Notes: generated from the letters alone by a model not told the origin. DNA of 64,000 nucleotides from a phage (GCA_024673055.1 GCA_024673055.1_4537.1), one strand, 5' to 3'. Counted from the first letter of the stretch, positions 19,414 to 30,537 are shown. Translations and numbers: made by a program.

Positions 19414-20475
19414 TTAGCCTCCAATATCGTACCAGTTTCCGTTAACGTTGCGCTGGAGGCGTTTGAAGTAAACCCCACCGATGTTATCCGCAGAGCTACG
19501 TCCTGTTTCCTGTACGATAATACCAGAAAGAACATAACCAGAAGAACAGATATAAGTCCAAGAAACTTCGTTCCCTGGTGGATAATACACACCTTGGCTA
19601 GTATAACGAATATCTCTTACAAAGGTTCCGTTAGCATAATTGTAGTTATTTGTAATCTGATTTTGATGATTACTTTCTACATTGTTTATACGGGAAGAGA
19701 GGTTGCTGTTAACACTATTCAGGTTGTTTTGAACAGTGTTAATATTCGTCTGCAATGTGTTCTGAAGAGAAGTCAAACGAGAATTCAGATAATCTAAGCG
19801 AACTAAAGCGTTTCCGTTAGAAGTATCTTGTCCACTGTTTGATCTTGGACTGTCTATTAGAACATAACCTGCATCATATAAACGAACACCTGCCGATACA
19901 TTACCTGTGCTAGGATTTCTACGATAGATGTAAAGCTGACCTCCGCTTTGATACTCGGCAGAAATCTCACCATTTGTTTGTCCTGCGAAGTTTTTGAAGA
20001 ACAGTGTTGCAGGATCTGTTGTGGAAGTACCGTTAACATAAACATCGCCACCATAAATAGCACCACCCGCATCACGTTTTACCAGCACGTTTGGTGTTAC
20101 TGTTGAACTAGTGGCATCTGTAATGTTTGCCGACAAGTGATTATGACTGTTATCTTGAACCTGGATAGATAAAGTAACTTCTTTGTTACCGTTCCAAGTA
20201 GCCTCACCAGTAGCATCACCTGCCATTGTAATCTTAGTTCCCACTAAAGGCAAGTAAGTATCAGGTAAAGTTGGAAGAAAGTCATCCACCAAATAGCGAA
20301 TCCATAAACCGATATTATTAAGAATCCAGTTCATTTCTTCGCAAGTCATGATTTGACCATAATCCATACCAACTGTGCGGATGGTTTCTTTAGGTCTAAT
20401 TTTGTTTGTGTTTAAAGTTCCTGGGAGCGTTACAGTTTGTGTAGCCCAGTCAGGATAATATATTGGCTTCGCCAT
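19414..20475 (-). CDS. Tail fibre protein
   Basis: 353 aa with an N/Q/S-rich coiled-coil-like segment (LQNTLQTNINTVQNNLNSVNSNLSSRINNVESN); sits between baseplate genes and the assembly chaperone. Confidence 0.5.
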   Translation of the reverse strand: MAKPIYYPDWATQTVTLPGTLNTNKIRPKETIRTVGMDYGQIMTCEEMNWILNNIGLWIRYLVDDFLPTLPDTYLPLVGTKITMAGDATGEATWNGNKEVTLSIQVQDNSHNHLSANITDATSSTVTPNVLVKRDAGGAIYGGDVYVNGTSTTDPATLFFKNFAGQTNGEISAEYQSGGQLYIYRRNPSTGNVSAGVRLYDAGYVLIDSPRSNSGQDTSNGNALVRLDYLNSRLTSLQNTLQTNINTVQNNLNSVNSNLSSRINNVESNHQNQITNNYNYANGTFVRDIRYTSQGVYYPPGNEVSWTYICSSGYVLSGIIVQETGRSSADNIGGVYFKRLQRNVNGNWYDIGG

Positions 20476-20484
20476 TTAAACTCC

Positions 20485-21114
20485 TTAATCTATTTGCTTG
20501 AGAAGCGTACACATGCGTCCTGTTTCATCCCCAGTAGATTCCATGTACAGGGAACCTAAACCACCAATACCATGAGGCGGTTTGGTAGCATAATAAGAAC
20601 TAAAACCAAAAGCTGATCCTGCTTTTGCTCCAAGACGGTAGCTACTAATAATAGGGAAAACACTTAGCAACTGCTCTAAAGCTTGATCAGATTGAAGACA
20701 CAGGTTGTAGAAAAACACATCAAAGGTTTTATTCAAACCTACGTAAGTATTAAGCGTTTCACGTTCTGTTCCTGTGAAACGGGCGAAGATATCAATTATG
20801 TCACCACGAGTCCCCGATGAGGCTACGCGGTAAGCCCTGATTTTTAATATTGTTCTATACTCTTCATCATCAGAGCCATTACGTTCGATCCCCATTTCTT
20901 CCCCTAGAATATCTAGGTATTTGCCTGTGGCTGTAGAGATCAAGCGGTGTTTAGCAAGATAGATCATTGCCTGATCTATCTTTTGCTTTTCACTGGATAC
21001 GATGTAGAGGAGCTTGACAATGTTAGGAGAAGATTTAAAATCTTCAATCAGAAGGTTTTTAACGTCTTCATTGATACTGGCCCAAGTTGTTACATGGTCA
21101 ACACTCACTGCCAT
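20485..21114 (-). CDS. Putative baseplate / tail protein
   Basis: Position between the baseplate J-like gene and the tail fibre gene (P2 gpI-like slot). Confidence 0.35.
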   Translation of the reverse strand: MAVSVDHVTTWASINEDVKNLLIEDFKSSPNIVKLLYIVSSEKQKIDQAMIYLAKHRLISTATGKYLDILGEEMGIERNGSDDEEYRTILKIRAYRVASSGTRGDIIDIFARFTGTERETLNTYVGLNKTFDVFFYNLCLQSDQALEQLLSVFPIISSYRLGAKAGSAFGFSSYYATKPPHGIGGLGSLYMESTGDETGRMCTLLKQID

Positions 21115-21116
21115 TT

Positions 21117-22604
21117 TTACACTCCATACTCGTAAGAAATGTTATCAAGGTCAAAAGAAGGGACAACATTATAAGCAGGAACTATATTATTCTCTGTATA
21201 TTTACTGTCATCCTCAGTATTAAGTTTAACATAAACACGAAGAGAAGTCAAGCGTCCAAAAGCAAGTGCTGCATAAATAACACCTTTGATTTGATCGTTC
21301 GTTACTGAAGAACCTAATTCAAAGTAAGCTTGCAGGTTTTGTAAAGCTTCTACGATGTTTTGTTTTTCTGTTCCACTTAAAGTTGTTCCGTTGACAGTTT
21401 GATAAACAAGTTTTACAGAATACATAGCAGAAGCACCAGGAGAGAAGCGAATAATTTCTTGTCCTCCATCTTCTGTTGTAACTGTTATGTTAGTTGTTCC
21501 GTGTGTCAAAGTGTTGATTGGTTTGGTTTTATAGATAACATTTGCAATTTCTTCTGCACTGCCACCATAAACTATGGTCTGGAAAGTCATAGCTGGAGCA
21601 TGTTCTTGATCGTGTAATGTGGGGTTATCGTAGATTTTCACTTTGGTAACACCATCTGTAAGCAGTAGTGCTTTCACAATAGCTGCTCGTGTCCCCGCAT
21701 TAGCTTCATCAACGTTGTCATTGAAACGAGAGCGGAATTCTGCGTCTGTCTCAACATCCCGACCAGGAGAAAATGAATAAAAGTTACCACTGTCAAGATA
21801 ACCTGTAAAGGTAGAAGATATCCCTGTAATAGACTCCACACCAACAGGATTGTATCCTTTCTCTGCTGCAACTACTGGAATTTCACTCCATTTGGTTCCA
21901 ACTGGAACACTGGCATAAAATTTGATAGGAGTTACTAGTCCCACTGGAGTATCGCTGGTTAAAGAAGTAAAACCAATTGATAAGTTACCTGAATCAGAAA
22001 ATACAAGACTACGATCAGCTTCTGTTAAATTCGCCTTGATAAAAGTTTCAAGATCGGCTATAAATGTAGAAGAACCAGGTGCAAGTGTTTTACTGTTTAA
22101 TCCTCCGTCTACCGCACTTTGTGCATAAAAAGTAATATTTGGAACACCTGTAGCAGTTGCATTAGCACGAGAGATTTGATAAGCTGCAATCTTAGCATTC
22201 AACATAGTTGGTGTGCTAACATAGTAGTTCATATCACTGTCAGAGTTGAAGTAAATATCCGTGCCTAGTTCATAAGTCCAAGCTGCTTTGTTATTACTCT
22301 TAACATATGCATAACCTGTACTTGCTGCTGCACCTGCTCGATAGAAACCGCGTTTAGAAAAGATTTCATCAAGATAAATACCTTCTGCACCATCCAGTGT
22401 TTGAGTATTATAAACACCTTGCATACCTTCCCACAATGTGTAATCTGTGTATGCAATTATTCTAAACAGTTGTCCGATCACAGTATCTTCCGAAGTGGCT
22501 GCATCTGCACCAAATGTGTTTTTTACTGCTGTCATGTAGTTGTTTAAAACATCGTCAAAAGTCGGGATTACAAATCCCGCATCTGTCAAACCATATTCGT
22601 CCAT
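21117..22604 (-). CDS. Putative baseplate J-like protein
   Basis: 495 aa; size and position are typical of baseplate wedge (gpJ / gp6 family). Inferred. Confidence 0.4.
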   Translation of the reverse strand: MDEYGLTDAGFVIPTFDDVLNNYMTAVKNTFGADAATSEDTVIGQLFRIIAYTDYTLWEGMQGVYNTQTLDGAEGIYLDEIFSKRGFYRAGAAASTGYAYVKSNNKAAWTYELGTDIYFNSDSDMNYYVSTPTMLNAKIAAYQISRANATATGVPNITFYAQSAVDGGLNSKTLAPGSSTFIADLETFIKANLTEADRSLVFSDSGNLSIGFTSLTSDTPVGLVTPIKFYASVPVGTKWSEIPVVAAEKGYNPVGVESITGISSTFTGYLDSGNFYSFSPGRDVETDAEFRSRFNDNVDEANAGTRAAIVKALLLTDGVTKVKIYDNPTLHDQEHAPAMTFQTIVYGGSAEEIANVIYKTKPINTLTHGTTNITVTTEDGGQEIIRFSPGASAMYSVKLVYQTVNGTTLSGTEKQNIVEALQNLQAYFELGSSVTNDQIKGVIYAALAFGRLTSLRVYVKLNTEDDSKYTENNIVPAYNVVPSFDLDNISYEYGV

Positions 22605-22846
22605 TAGTCATCCTCTTTGGTAGATTGTGATCTGCCCCAGCGTAAATCAATAAGATTTTTCATGAGGCGAGAAGGAGTTATCATGAAAACAAAAGCCCAA
22701 CCCATCCATTCAGGAATTTCTTTTTCTATTCCTAAAAAGATAAACATGCCTGTCATAACCGACATGCCTACAGCGTTCCAGACTTTCGTAGAACTGACTT
22801 TATTATCAGGATATGTACAGAACATACCTATTAAAAATTTTCTCAT
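22604..22846 (-). CDS. Small membrane protein (two predicted TM helices)
   Basis: Hydrophobic segments (VMTGMFIFLGI; WMGWAFVFMITP); start overlaps the adjacent gene. Confidence 0.4.
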   Translation of the reverse strand: MRKFLIGMFCTYPDNKVSSTKVWNAVGMSVMTGMFIFLGIEKEIPEWMGWAFVFMITPSRLMKNLIDLRWGRSQSTKEDD

Positions 22847-23151
22847 AGTGCGTTCCCATTACTTTTTAAATCACGAGATACAGCTAATTCCCCAAGGTCT
22901 ACAGAACCCGCTGAATGCACAAGTACAGCAGCACTAAGACTAATGGCAGTAATACCTGAGGCAATATCAGCAGGTAGGGAATACGCCCTTTGCGTCTCCT
23001 TATCATAGATAACCTTATACCCACCCAAATCCACACCAACTGAGAAGTAAACAACCTCAGATTGTTTGACTCCAAAGTAACGGGCTACTGCTTGTTTATT
23101 GGTTAAGATTCCGGTTGAACCTTTACCACCTTGGGAGAACATTTCGTTCAC
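22843..23151 (-). CDS. Hypothetical structural protein
   Basis: 102 aa ORF in the late operon. Confidence 0.4.
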   Translation of the reverse strand: MNEMFSQGGKGSTGILTNKQAVARYFGVKQSEVVYFSVGVDLGGYKVIYDKETQRAYSLPADIASGITAISLSAAVLVHSAGSVDLGELAVSRDLKSNGNAL

Positions 23152-23390
23152 AACAACCTCTTTGTTTTTCTAAGTAAGCCCCTCTTTGGAGGGGCTTGCA
23201 GTGGTAGTGACAACACTTTGAGTTAGTACGATAGTAACTAAAGACAAGATTAACCCTGCTACGATATGTTTTCATCATTTTATCACATGGCGATGAGATT
23301 CGCTTGCAGGACATAGTTTGTGTGAGTCGTAATGAAGTCCATGATGTCACATTTATAATTTCCCCGCCGAAGCGGGGTTATTGTTTGCTC

Positions 23391-25490
23391 TTACATACTG
23401 CTTATGAACTCAAGCTCGTAAAGCTGAACACGGTCTGTTGTGATATTTGCCTCAAAGTACGTTCCATCGTAGCTAGCAAGTTTCACATCATTTATATGCC
23501 CAGCATAGGCATCATCATACATAAAAATAACCTGACCTGTTCCTTTACCTACATACTTACACGTCCAGGTTCCTAGGGTTGTAGTGTTATTCGCCAGAGC
23601 GATTGTTGTCTCTACACCGCCTGTAGCGATAACTCCATATGCAGTGTTAGCTACATATTTAATACCAAAGTAGTTACCTGACGCGACAGAGCCACAAACC
23701 AGATAACCCGCTAAGGCTGTGACACCTGATGGTATGGCAAATGCCACTGCAAATCCAAGGTAGTTAGAGTTCTCAAACTGCCTTACCAAACGACGCTCTC
23801 GCTTATATCTCTGGATTGCAGTACCCCCAGCAGTACCAGCTCGAACAACTAAGCCACCTTCTACATAGTATTCGATACCAGATCCAGTACCGGTTACAGT
23901 ATTGGTGAACTTGTCATAATCCTGAAATTGCGTATGGTGGCGGGTGGTATCTAGTCTGAAAGAGGATGTCACACCGTTGATGGATTTGGTGGCTGTTTCT
24001 ATAATGACTCCAGCCTGTACACCATCAACCCGTGATTGTGCCACTTTACCTATTGCCATACCAAGGTCATTAGCGATTATTGTCCCGCCGATAGCCACTG
24101 CTACCCACGATTTGAGCACACCAGACATAGGAGCTAAAGCACTACCAATGCGAGTGGAGTTTGACATGATGGTCCCACCATGTTTAACCACCATACCCTT
24201 GTCATTTATATCTGTCCCAAAATCACAACCTTCAACACTGATAGTAGAGTTATATGCCTCTATACACTTGTCGACTCCAACACCATTGAAAGAGCATTTA
24301 TTAACGGCCCCGCTAGTGCAACCGTAAAATTCAACTGAACAATTCTCGTCGCTGTGGGTTCGATTGGTAAAGTTCAGGTTTTCTAAGTTAGGTGAGTAAG
24401 GCGTACCACCGCAAGAAAATACTTGTGCAGATCTGTAACTTACTTTTGTGCGGTCTTTGGATTTACTGGTAATAACCAAAATAGCCTGTTGACCGGACTC
24501 AGGCGGGAAGTTTGGAGTACACCCTCGTTTATTACGAATCACAAGGTCTTCATCGTAGGTTCCATCGGAAACCTGAATAGTAATAAATTGCCAGTAGTTG
24601 TCCGGCACCGCGTCAATGGCGGCCTGCATAGTAGGGTAGTCCTCTGGCACGTTTACCGTAACGTTGTAGGTGTAGACGCCAGGGACGGTAGAGGAATCAA
24701 CCCCGTATTGTTTGATATAGTTACGATACGGATCACCCCCGCCAATTGAGTTGATAAAACCCTCAATGCGAACTTTATTTGTTGTTGAGTATATATATCC
24801 GTTTTCACCTACATCTACGCGGAAAAGACGCGGGATTGTCAAATCCTCTTTAATCTCAACAGGGACATTAATGTAAACGCGACCACGACCACTTGCTATA
24901 GCTCGCTTTAATGCCTGAGTATAGTCTGGAGCGATGGGATCGCCGTCTCTAACGTAAGCACGAATGTCATCGTTAACTTCATCTCGCCCACCTATAAGGG
25001 TGAATCCTTTGCTGCTAGTTAATTCGTTTCGCAATGAAGCATTACCAACACTAACCCATGCACCTGTTCCAACACCACCTGTTGATGTAGGGGTTGAGTC
25101 AGCGGGAACAGCTTTAGGGAAAGCACCATCCCATGTATAGCACTGTCCACCAGCAATGTGCCAAACAGCATCGGTTGAACTATTGGCTGTCGCCCCTTCT
25201 TCAAAGCTACCATCAACAAGAGTTAACCCAGCCTCGGCAAGACTACGACACCACTGTTCACGATCATTAAGAAGATTGTTATTCAACTCTTCCTGAACAG
25301 TATTACCATTTGAGGATTGTATTAAATCTGCTCCATCTGTATCTTTCAACTGGGTGGCTAAAACCACCCCAGTGTCAGTAAGAAATTTGGAAACTGTGCT
25401 TTTAACAGTCTTATCAGGTTGGTCTAAAACCAGGTAATCAGAATCATTAACTTTTGATGTTTCGGGTAAATTAGTAATTGTAGTTGACAT
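23391..25490 (-). CDS. Tailspike / tail fibre protein
   Basis: Shares the motif Y-x-W-x-G-x-FPK-x-VPA-x-STP-x-x-TGG...AW-x-SVG with the 13379..15403 fibre; 699 aa with beta-rich repeats. Confidence 0.6.
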   Translation of the reverse strand: MSTTITNLPETSKVNDSDYLVLDQPDKTVKSTVSKFLTDTGVVLATQLKDTDGADLIQSSNGNTVQEELNNNLLNDREQWCRSLAEAGLTLVDGSFEEGATANSSTDAVWHIAGGQCYTWDGAFPKAVPADSTPTSTGGVGTGAWVSVGNASLRNELTSSKGFTLIGGRDEVNDDIRAYVRDGDPIAPDYTQALKRAIASGRGRVYINVPVEIKEDLTIPRLFRVDVGENGYIYSTTNKVRIEGFINSIGGGDPYRNYIKQYGVDSSTVPGVYTYNVTVNVPEDYPTMQAAIDAVPDNYWQFITIQVSDGTYDEDLVIRNKRGCTPNFPPESGQQAILVITSKSKDRTKVSYRSAQVFSCGGTPYSPNLENLNFTNRTHSDENCSVEFYGCTSGAVNKCSFNGVGVDKCIEAYNSTISVEGCDFGTDINDKGMVVKHGGTIMSNSTRIGSALAPMSGVLKSWVAVAIGGTIIANDLGMAIGKVAQSRVDGVQAGVIIETATKSINGVTSSFRLDTTRHHTQFQDYDKFTNTVTGTGSGIEYYVEGGLVVRAGTAGGTAIQRYKRERRLVRQFENSNYLGFAVAFAIPSGVTALAGYLVCGSVASGNYFGIKYVANTAYGVIATGGVETTIALANNTTTLGTWTCKYVGKGTGQVIFMYDDAYAGHINDVKLASYDGTYFEANITTDRVQLYELEFISSM

Positions 25491-25498
25491 TTTTACTC

Positions 25499-27652
25499 CT
25501 ATATATAAAATTTTTGTGTTGTTACTAAATCTTCTCCAGATTTAGTAGCTAATGTAATTCCACTTATGGTAGCAATCTCAACATTTGCTTGTTTAAGAGT
25601 GATATCTTGCAAATAACAATTCAAAGGCACATTACCCATATAGAAAACTTGGGATTGAGAATTAACTACCGTGATAGAATCGTGCATTATTTGAGGATAG
25701 GCCCATATATATTGTGTAAGTCCATTGAACTTATTGGCGTTCAACACTATGTTACCTATAATCATTTTCCAAAGATACGTGCGGTAGTTTGATTCAGGAT
25801 CAAAGCCATACAAAGGTGCAAGAGTAGCATCTGGAACAAAACCTGCAAGATAGTGAATATCAGAATATTCAAAACCTAATTTTTCATGTGGTATGGTAAT
25901 TGCATCAAATGCTTTCATCATTTTACCTTCCAGAAGCCAGTCGTAACACTCCGAACAGTAAAAATCAAAAGCTTCAGGAATGTAGTAATCAGACGGAAAG
26001 TTAACTTTCTCCATCAATCCGTTGCCAATAATTGATGGTAAGAATGGAAGCAATGTTACTTTAGCTCCTGGATAAGTTGCTCTGGTGTCTGTTGCAAACT
26101 TTGTAACTCTTAACCCTAGTTTACGAGACAAAAATGCATAGTATTCGTCAAATGGTGTTCCTGTTTTATAATTATCTATTGTTCCTGCATCTTGTGCAAA
26201 TAAGCCTGTTTCTGTATTGAATGCCAGTTTGGTAGTGTAATCATATATACAAGGCATTTTACTTGCTGTATTATACCACCACCAAGGTTCACCAATTTGA
26301 ATTACGACTGGAATATTGTTAGCTTGAGAAATAGATGCTATTTTGTTAATAACATTTTGCAAATATTCCATGCCTTCGTCAATAGTTGGAGACAACACGT
26401 AACTAGGAGGCTTATACCCTGTTGCTGCAAGAGCATCGTTCCAATCATGCTGGACCCATTCAACAGGACAAACTGTGCTCATCAACTCAAAACTTAAAGA
26501 GTTCATTATTGTGTAACCCTTCTCGTTCGCTATAGAATGGAAACTATTTAGCCAAGCTTCTGTAGCTGGATTCAGGAAGACAGATCTATTTAAAGCCCAA
26601 GATGTTCCGTTCCATGAGAACTCATAATAGTGAGACATTCCGTTGTAATGGTTAATCATTCCACGATAACCTAGTGCATATGTATTATAAATAACTCTCT
26701 CTGGAGTCAGGTTATACATATCATCATAAGATGTGCACATGCGAATATCATGTTCAGGCTGGACAAGGTTGCTGACTTTCATCATACTGTAACCAGAAGT
26801 AGGTTCAAGAAGAGTGAAAGTAAACCAAGCCTCTTGACTGGCAATAGGTACAATCTCTTCTATTTCTTCATACCTTGCTGTAATCAAAGAGAAGAAAATA
26901 TTATCTACAGCACTCATATCCAAAGGAATATCATTATTAGGGCCAGAAAAGATATTACCAAAATCTAACTTTATTGTGGCTGTTTTACCATCTTCTGAAA
27001 TATCTGAAGCGTAGAATCCTAAACTGACATAATGAACACTTTTATCCAGGAGAGTTACAGTCAAAGTCGGCACCAAAGGTTCTTCTTTAAAACCTGGCAT
27101 GTTTTGACTAATTTCCATTTTAAACCAAAGTTTCTCTGAACTTAAATCTGTGTGAGGCAAATACCCAACACCTTTATGGTCATATTTGTCAACTGTACTC
27201 CAGATAACCCCTGCCAAACCTGCTGTTGTTCTGTTTACAAATCTTGCAGTAAAAGAGTCTCCATGAGATACAATAGAACAACTTTCCGTTGCTTGAGAAT
27301 CTATTGTCCAATACATAGGAGAGAACATTTTAACGTCTTTTGTAGTCCAAGTTATTGGAGTAGTATTTTCTTGGATAGTAGTTATAATACAATTGATGGT
27401 TGTTTCAACCATCATGTTATTTTGACTAATCCCTGAAACTTGGAGGGAGAAGTTAAGATCTATTGAGTTCTTTGGTCGTTCAAATACTTCAACCACAATA
27501 GTAGCAGAATCAGCATCATCAGGGAACACAAGTGTTCCCGATTTTGCAATATAATCTCTACCAGCGACTGCTGTTCCGTCAACAGTCGTGTAGTTAAATG
27601 AACTCGCATTTACTCTCTTGTCTCGCGTGACAGTAAATATAGCTTGTTTCAT
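25499..27652 (-). CDS. Large structural protein, possible polysaccharide-degrading tail protein
   Basis: 717 aa in the baseplate/fibre region; aromatic-rich segments (GEPWWWYN). Function inferred. Confidence 0.4.
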   Translation of the reverse strand: MKQAIFTVTRDKRVNASSFNYTTVDGTAVAGRDYIAKSGTLVFPDDADSATIVVEVFERPKNSIDLNFSLQVSGISQNNMMVETTINCIITTIQENTTPITWTTKDVKMFSPMYWTIDSQATESCSIVSHGDSFTARFVNRTTAGLAGVIWSTVDKYDHKGVGYLPHTDLSSEKLWFKMEISQNMPGFKEEPLVPTLTVTLLDKSVHYVSLGFYASDISEDGKTATIKLDFGNIFSGPNNDIPLDMSAVDNIFFSLITARYEEIEEIVPIASQEAWFTFTLLEPTSGYSMMKVSNLVQPEHDIRMCTSYDDMYNLTPERVIYNTYALGYRGMINHYNGMSHYYEFSWNGTSWALNRSVFLNPATEAWLNSFHSIANEKGYTIMNSLSFELMSTVCPVEWVQHDWNDALAATGYKPPSYVLSPTIDEGMEYLQNVINKIASISQANNIPVVIQIGEPWWWYNTASKMPCIYDYTTKLAFNTETGLFAQDAGTIDNYKTGTPFDEYYAFLSRKLGLRVTKFATDTRATYPGAKVTLLPFLPSIIGNGLMEKVNFPSDYYIPEAFDFYCSECYDWLLEGKMMKAFDAITIPHEKLGFEYSDIHYLAGFVPDATLAPLYGFDPESNYRTYLWKMIIGNIVLNANKFNGLTQYIWAYPQIMHDSITVVNSQSQVFYMGNVPLNCYLQDITLKQANVEIATISGITLATKSGEDLVTTQKFYI

Positions 27653-27660
27653 TTTACCCC

Positions 27661-30537
27661 TTACTCGGTAACGTCCACACTAATGTTTGCCATTGTCAAA
27701 ACAGTAAGTGCAGGAATATTGCTCGAATCCAAAACAGGTGATGCATTTTGGGGATTAAGTTTTTTGTATAAAGCATACAACCCAAAACCACGTAACAACT
27801 CTCCAGCGTGGAAGCCAAAGAAGACTCCGTTATCACTGTCTGGTCTAGGAGCAGCACTCCAACAACCATTCATAACGTGATTAGGACCAAGAACAATATA
27901 GTTTTCCTGAATAAGTTCAAAACAGCGGTCTGCTACTATTTTAATGTTAGGAATTTCTGAATCATATCCAGCCATCCCCATTATAGCACATCCCGCCATA
28001 AAGAGCGCAGACATGTGACTTGTAAAGTCATCTACAGGCGCAGCCACTTCTCCGTTGGGATAAAATATTGTTGGTGTTCTTCCTTCGTTGTTATCTTGGA
28101 ACCACTTCAGGTAGTTGATCCAGTTTTTACAAACTGTTAAAAGTTTTTCAGGAACTTCGGCTCCTCGTCGCTTTAGTTCGTATACCGTATGACACGCACA
28201 GAAGAATGCTCGTGCTTCATAACCATCCCAAGCTTTATCGTTCCAATGATACATTGTGAACTCATTTTTGTTTCCATATTTATGAGCATCCCAACGATCC
28301 CAAACATAAGCTTGTGCCATTGGCCCAGGCATTACAGGGGCAAACTTATTATAAAACCACATTTGTGAATCATATAAAAAGTCTATACTGTTGTTCATAC
28401 GAACCCAGTCAATATCTCTCCCTTTAAAACAATATAAGGATGGGTATTGATAACCTGGGTAAGGAATACCACGCCAACCGTCATATAATGCTGTGTTAGG
28501 ATCACTAATATTGGAAAATGGAATGATTCCTGGAGTATAATTCAAACTGTCAAGTTTGTAGTCCAGTATTGTACAATCTCCAAGTTTTGCTGTATAAGGA
28601 TTTTCAGATGAAACTGTAACCCTGAAATACATTGTGTAATCATCACCAGCGGCTGAAGAATACAAAGATGGGATATCGTTAACACAATAAAAATCGATTG
28701 CCCCTGTCAAGCCATTTGCAGGTTCAGAATCCAATGCAATGTTGATCTGATCAACAGCAGTCAGGTTTATTGACGAAGGTTTTGTCTCTGTGTCGTTATG
28801 ATCGGGTTGCCAAGTGCTTAATTTGAAATCAGCAGGACTTAAAGCTTTAGTAACCCATGTAGAATTTGTTTTTTCTAACATGGCCCACCATCTCCAACCT
28901 GCGGAATCCGTAATAGTGATGTTAAAATCATCTGCGTATGAACGATATGTAATAGATTTTAAATTGGCTGTTTTAGTTGGTGTTAACCAAAACCCAACAG
29001 TAAAACCACCATCTGAATCCATATTAGCAGAAACTATCTGATCACTATTTGTCCCAGCAATACCAGTTGCATATTTATATTGTATCACAGTATTGCTTCC
29101 CCAGTCAACAATAATTCTGGGTTCAGCAATAATATATACACCACCTCCAGGAGGTTCTGTGCGCATAAAACTAGATAAAGGTATATCCATCTTAGTCATA
29201 TTAGCTGCACCAAGAGGTAAGCCACAACGATATGTCACTGTGTCTGTTTCACTCTTAGTTTTGCTTAATTCTAGCTCTGGACGGAAAAGAACACCTTCCC
29301 CTGCATCATCTACACCTTGAAACTCAATACGCAGTTTTGAATTCTGATCTACTCTGAACCAAACTGCCTGTTGTTCTAGAGTTGTTTGTGCTGAAACATC
29401 TTGGCGAATTACTGTGTATCCTAATTCGTCACGAGAATATTTAGGTATTGCTGTAGATGGGTATGAGTAATCATACGAGATACCATCTGTAAAAGGAATT
29501 ATTGCTGTCGTAGATCTACGGAAGAATTTATCAAACATATCGATGTTTGAGTAGTCTTGACACAACAATAAAGAAGATTGCCAGCAAAGCCAGTATTTTC
29601 TCTCTCCTGTGATCTGATACATCAAGTAGTTTGCATCACACCACCACGTTTCAGCATCGGAAGCATTATCTTGATAACCTAACCCTACCGGAACGTTTAC
29701 AGGACGGTTATGCCACATCTCATTACGCTTAAGCAGATATCCACCGTGTTCTACAGGGTTGCATGTAGCGTAGTTGAATTTATAATCACCGTTCACAGAA
29801 GCATTTTTAAGTTGCACTGTTCCATATTCTGCGAAGCTGTGACCTGTAGATAAAATGTTACCATCCCAATCAACTTTACGTCCTAGACGATCTATAATCC
29901 ATTCAACGTCCCACTGATCTCCGTATTCTTTCCAGTTGGTTGAACCATCTGGATTAGTTGCATAAACTGTTGCGTTAACGGAGTTCCAACCAAGATTGCC
30001 ATTGAAAGCAAACCAAGCTTTATCTAAGTATTCCCCCCAATGCGGTGCACCTTTAGGAATAACAGTCCTTCCGTTAATCCAAGTCATCATGCTACCTTTG
30101 AACCCACCGTGCGTAGGATACCCATCATCTGTGAGAGGGTAATGTGCTAAACGTGGTTCTTTACCATTGATGATCCAGTTGGGACGATACTTAGCCGGAG
30201 GATCAGGAATAGGTTGGCCCCCGAAGAAGTGATCTATATAGGCTTGCCAATACTTCTCGGCAGATTCAAGATATTTTTTATCCCCTGTAGCCAAATATGC
30301 ATAAGCAAAACCAGTGATAAGCACAGATTGACCTTCGGTAGTAGCGTCACCGTTTGGTTGCCCTTCCTGCGCTGTCCAGTTAATAAAGTGTCTGTTGTTC
30401 GCCAATACGTTTTGTGGGTTGATAATGTAATGCTGAACCGTAGGATCTATGGTAAGCCCAGTATTTCTTTCCAAAAACTGAACCAACCCTTCAATCAACT
30501 GAAACGTGTTGTCAATATTGTGCTTAACTCTTGACAT
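27661..30537 (-). CDS. Large structural protein with (alpha/alpha)6-like glycoside hydrolase signature
   Basis: 958 aa; segment ITGFAYAYLATGDKKYLESAEKYWQAY resembles six-hairpin glycosidase cores. Inferred. Confidence 0.4.
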   Translation of the reverse strand: MSRVKHNIDNTFQLIEGLVQFLERNTGLTIDPTVQHYIINPQNVLANNRHFINWTAQEGQPNGDATTEGQSVLITGFAYAYLATGDKKYLESAEKYWQAYIDHFFGGQPIPDPPAKYRPNWIINGKEPRLAHYPLTDDGYPTHGGFKGSMMTWINGRTVIPKGAPHWGEYLDKAWFAFNGNLGWNSVNATVYATNPDGSTNWKEYGDQWDVEWIIDRLGRKVDWDGNILSTGHSFAEYGTVQLKNASVNGDYKFNYATCNPVEHGGYLLKRNEMWHNRPVNVPVGLGYQDNASDAETWWCDANYLMYQITGERKYWLCWQSSLLLCQDYSNIDMFDKFFRRSTTAIIPFTDGISYDYSYPSTAIPKYSRDELGYTVIRQDVSAQTTLEQQAVWFRVDQNSKLRIEFQGVDDAGEGVLFRPELELSKTKSETDTVTYRCGLPLGAANMTKMDIPLSSFMRTEPPGGGVYIIAEPRIIVDWGSNTVIQYKYATGIAGTNSDQIVSANMDSDGGFTVGFWLTPTKTANLKSITYRSYADDFNITITDSAGWRWWAMLEKTNSTWVTKALSPADFKLSTWQPDHNDTETKPSSINLTAVDQINIALDSEPANGLTGAIDFYCVNDIPSLYSSAAGDDYTMYFRVTVSSENPYTAKLGDCTILDYKLDSLNYTPGIIPFSNISDPNTALYDGWRGIPYPGYQYPSLYCFKGRDIDWVRMNNSIDFLYDSQMWFYNKFAPVMPGPMAQAYVWDRWDAHKYGNKNEFTMYHWNDKAWDGYEARAFFCACHTVYELKRRGAEVPEKLLTVCKNWINYLKWFQDNNEGRTPTIFYPNGEVAAPVDDFTSHMSALFMAGCAIMGMAGYDSEIPNIKIVADRCFELIQENYIVLGPNHVMNGCWSAAPRPDSDNGVFFGFHAGELLRGFGLYALYKKLNPQNASPVLDSSNIPALTVLTMANISVDVTE

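Noticed and set aside
23152-23390. Two GC-rich hairpins (AGCCCCTC/GAGGGGCT and CCCCGC-CGAA-GCGGGG) in the 240-bp gap between tail genes, considered as terminators
   Set aside because: Neither has a convincing U-tract on the minus strand where the genes are transcribed, so the terminator call is not supported; they may be RNA processing or stability elements.
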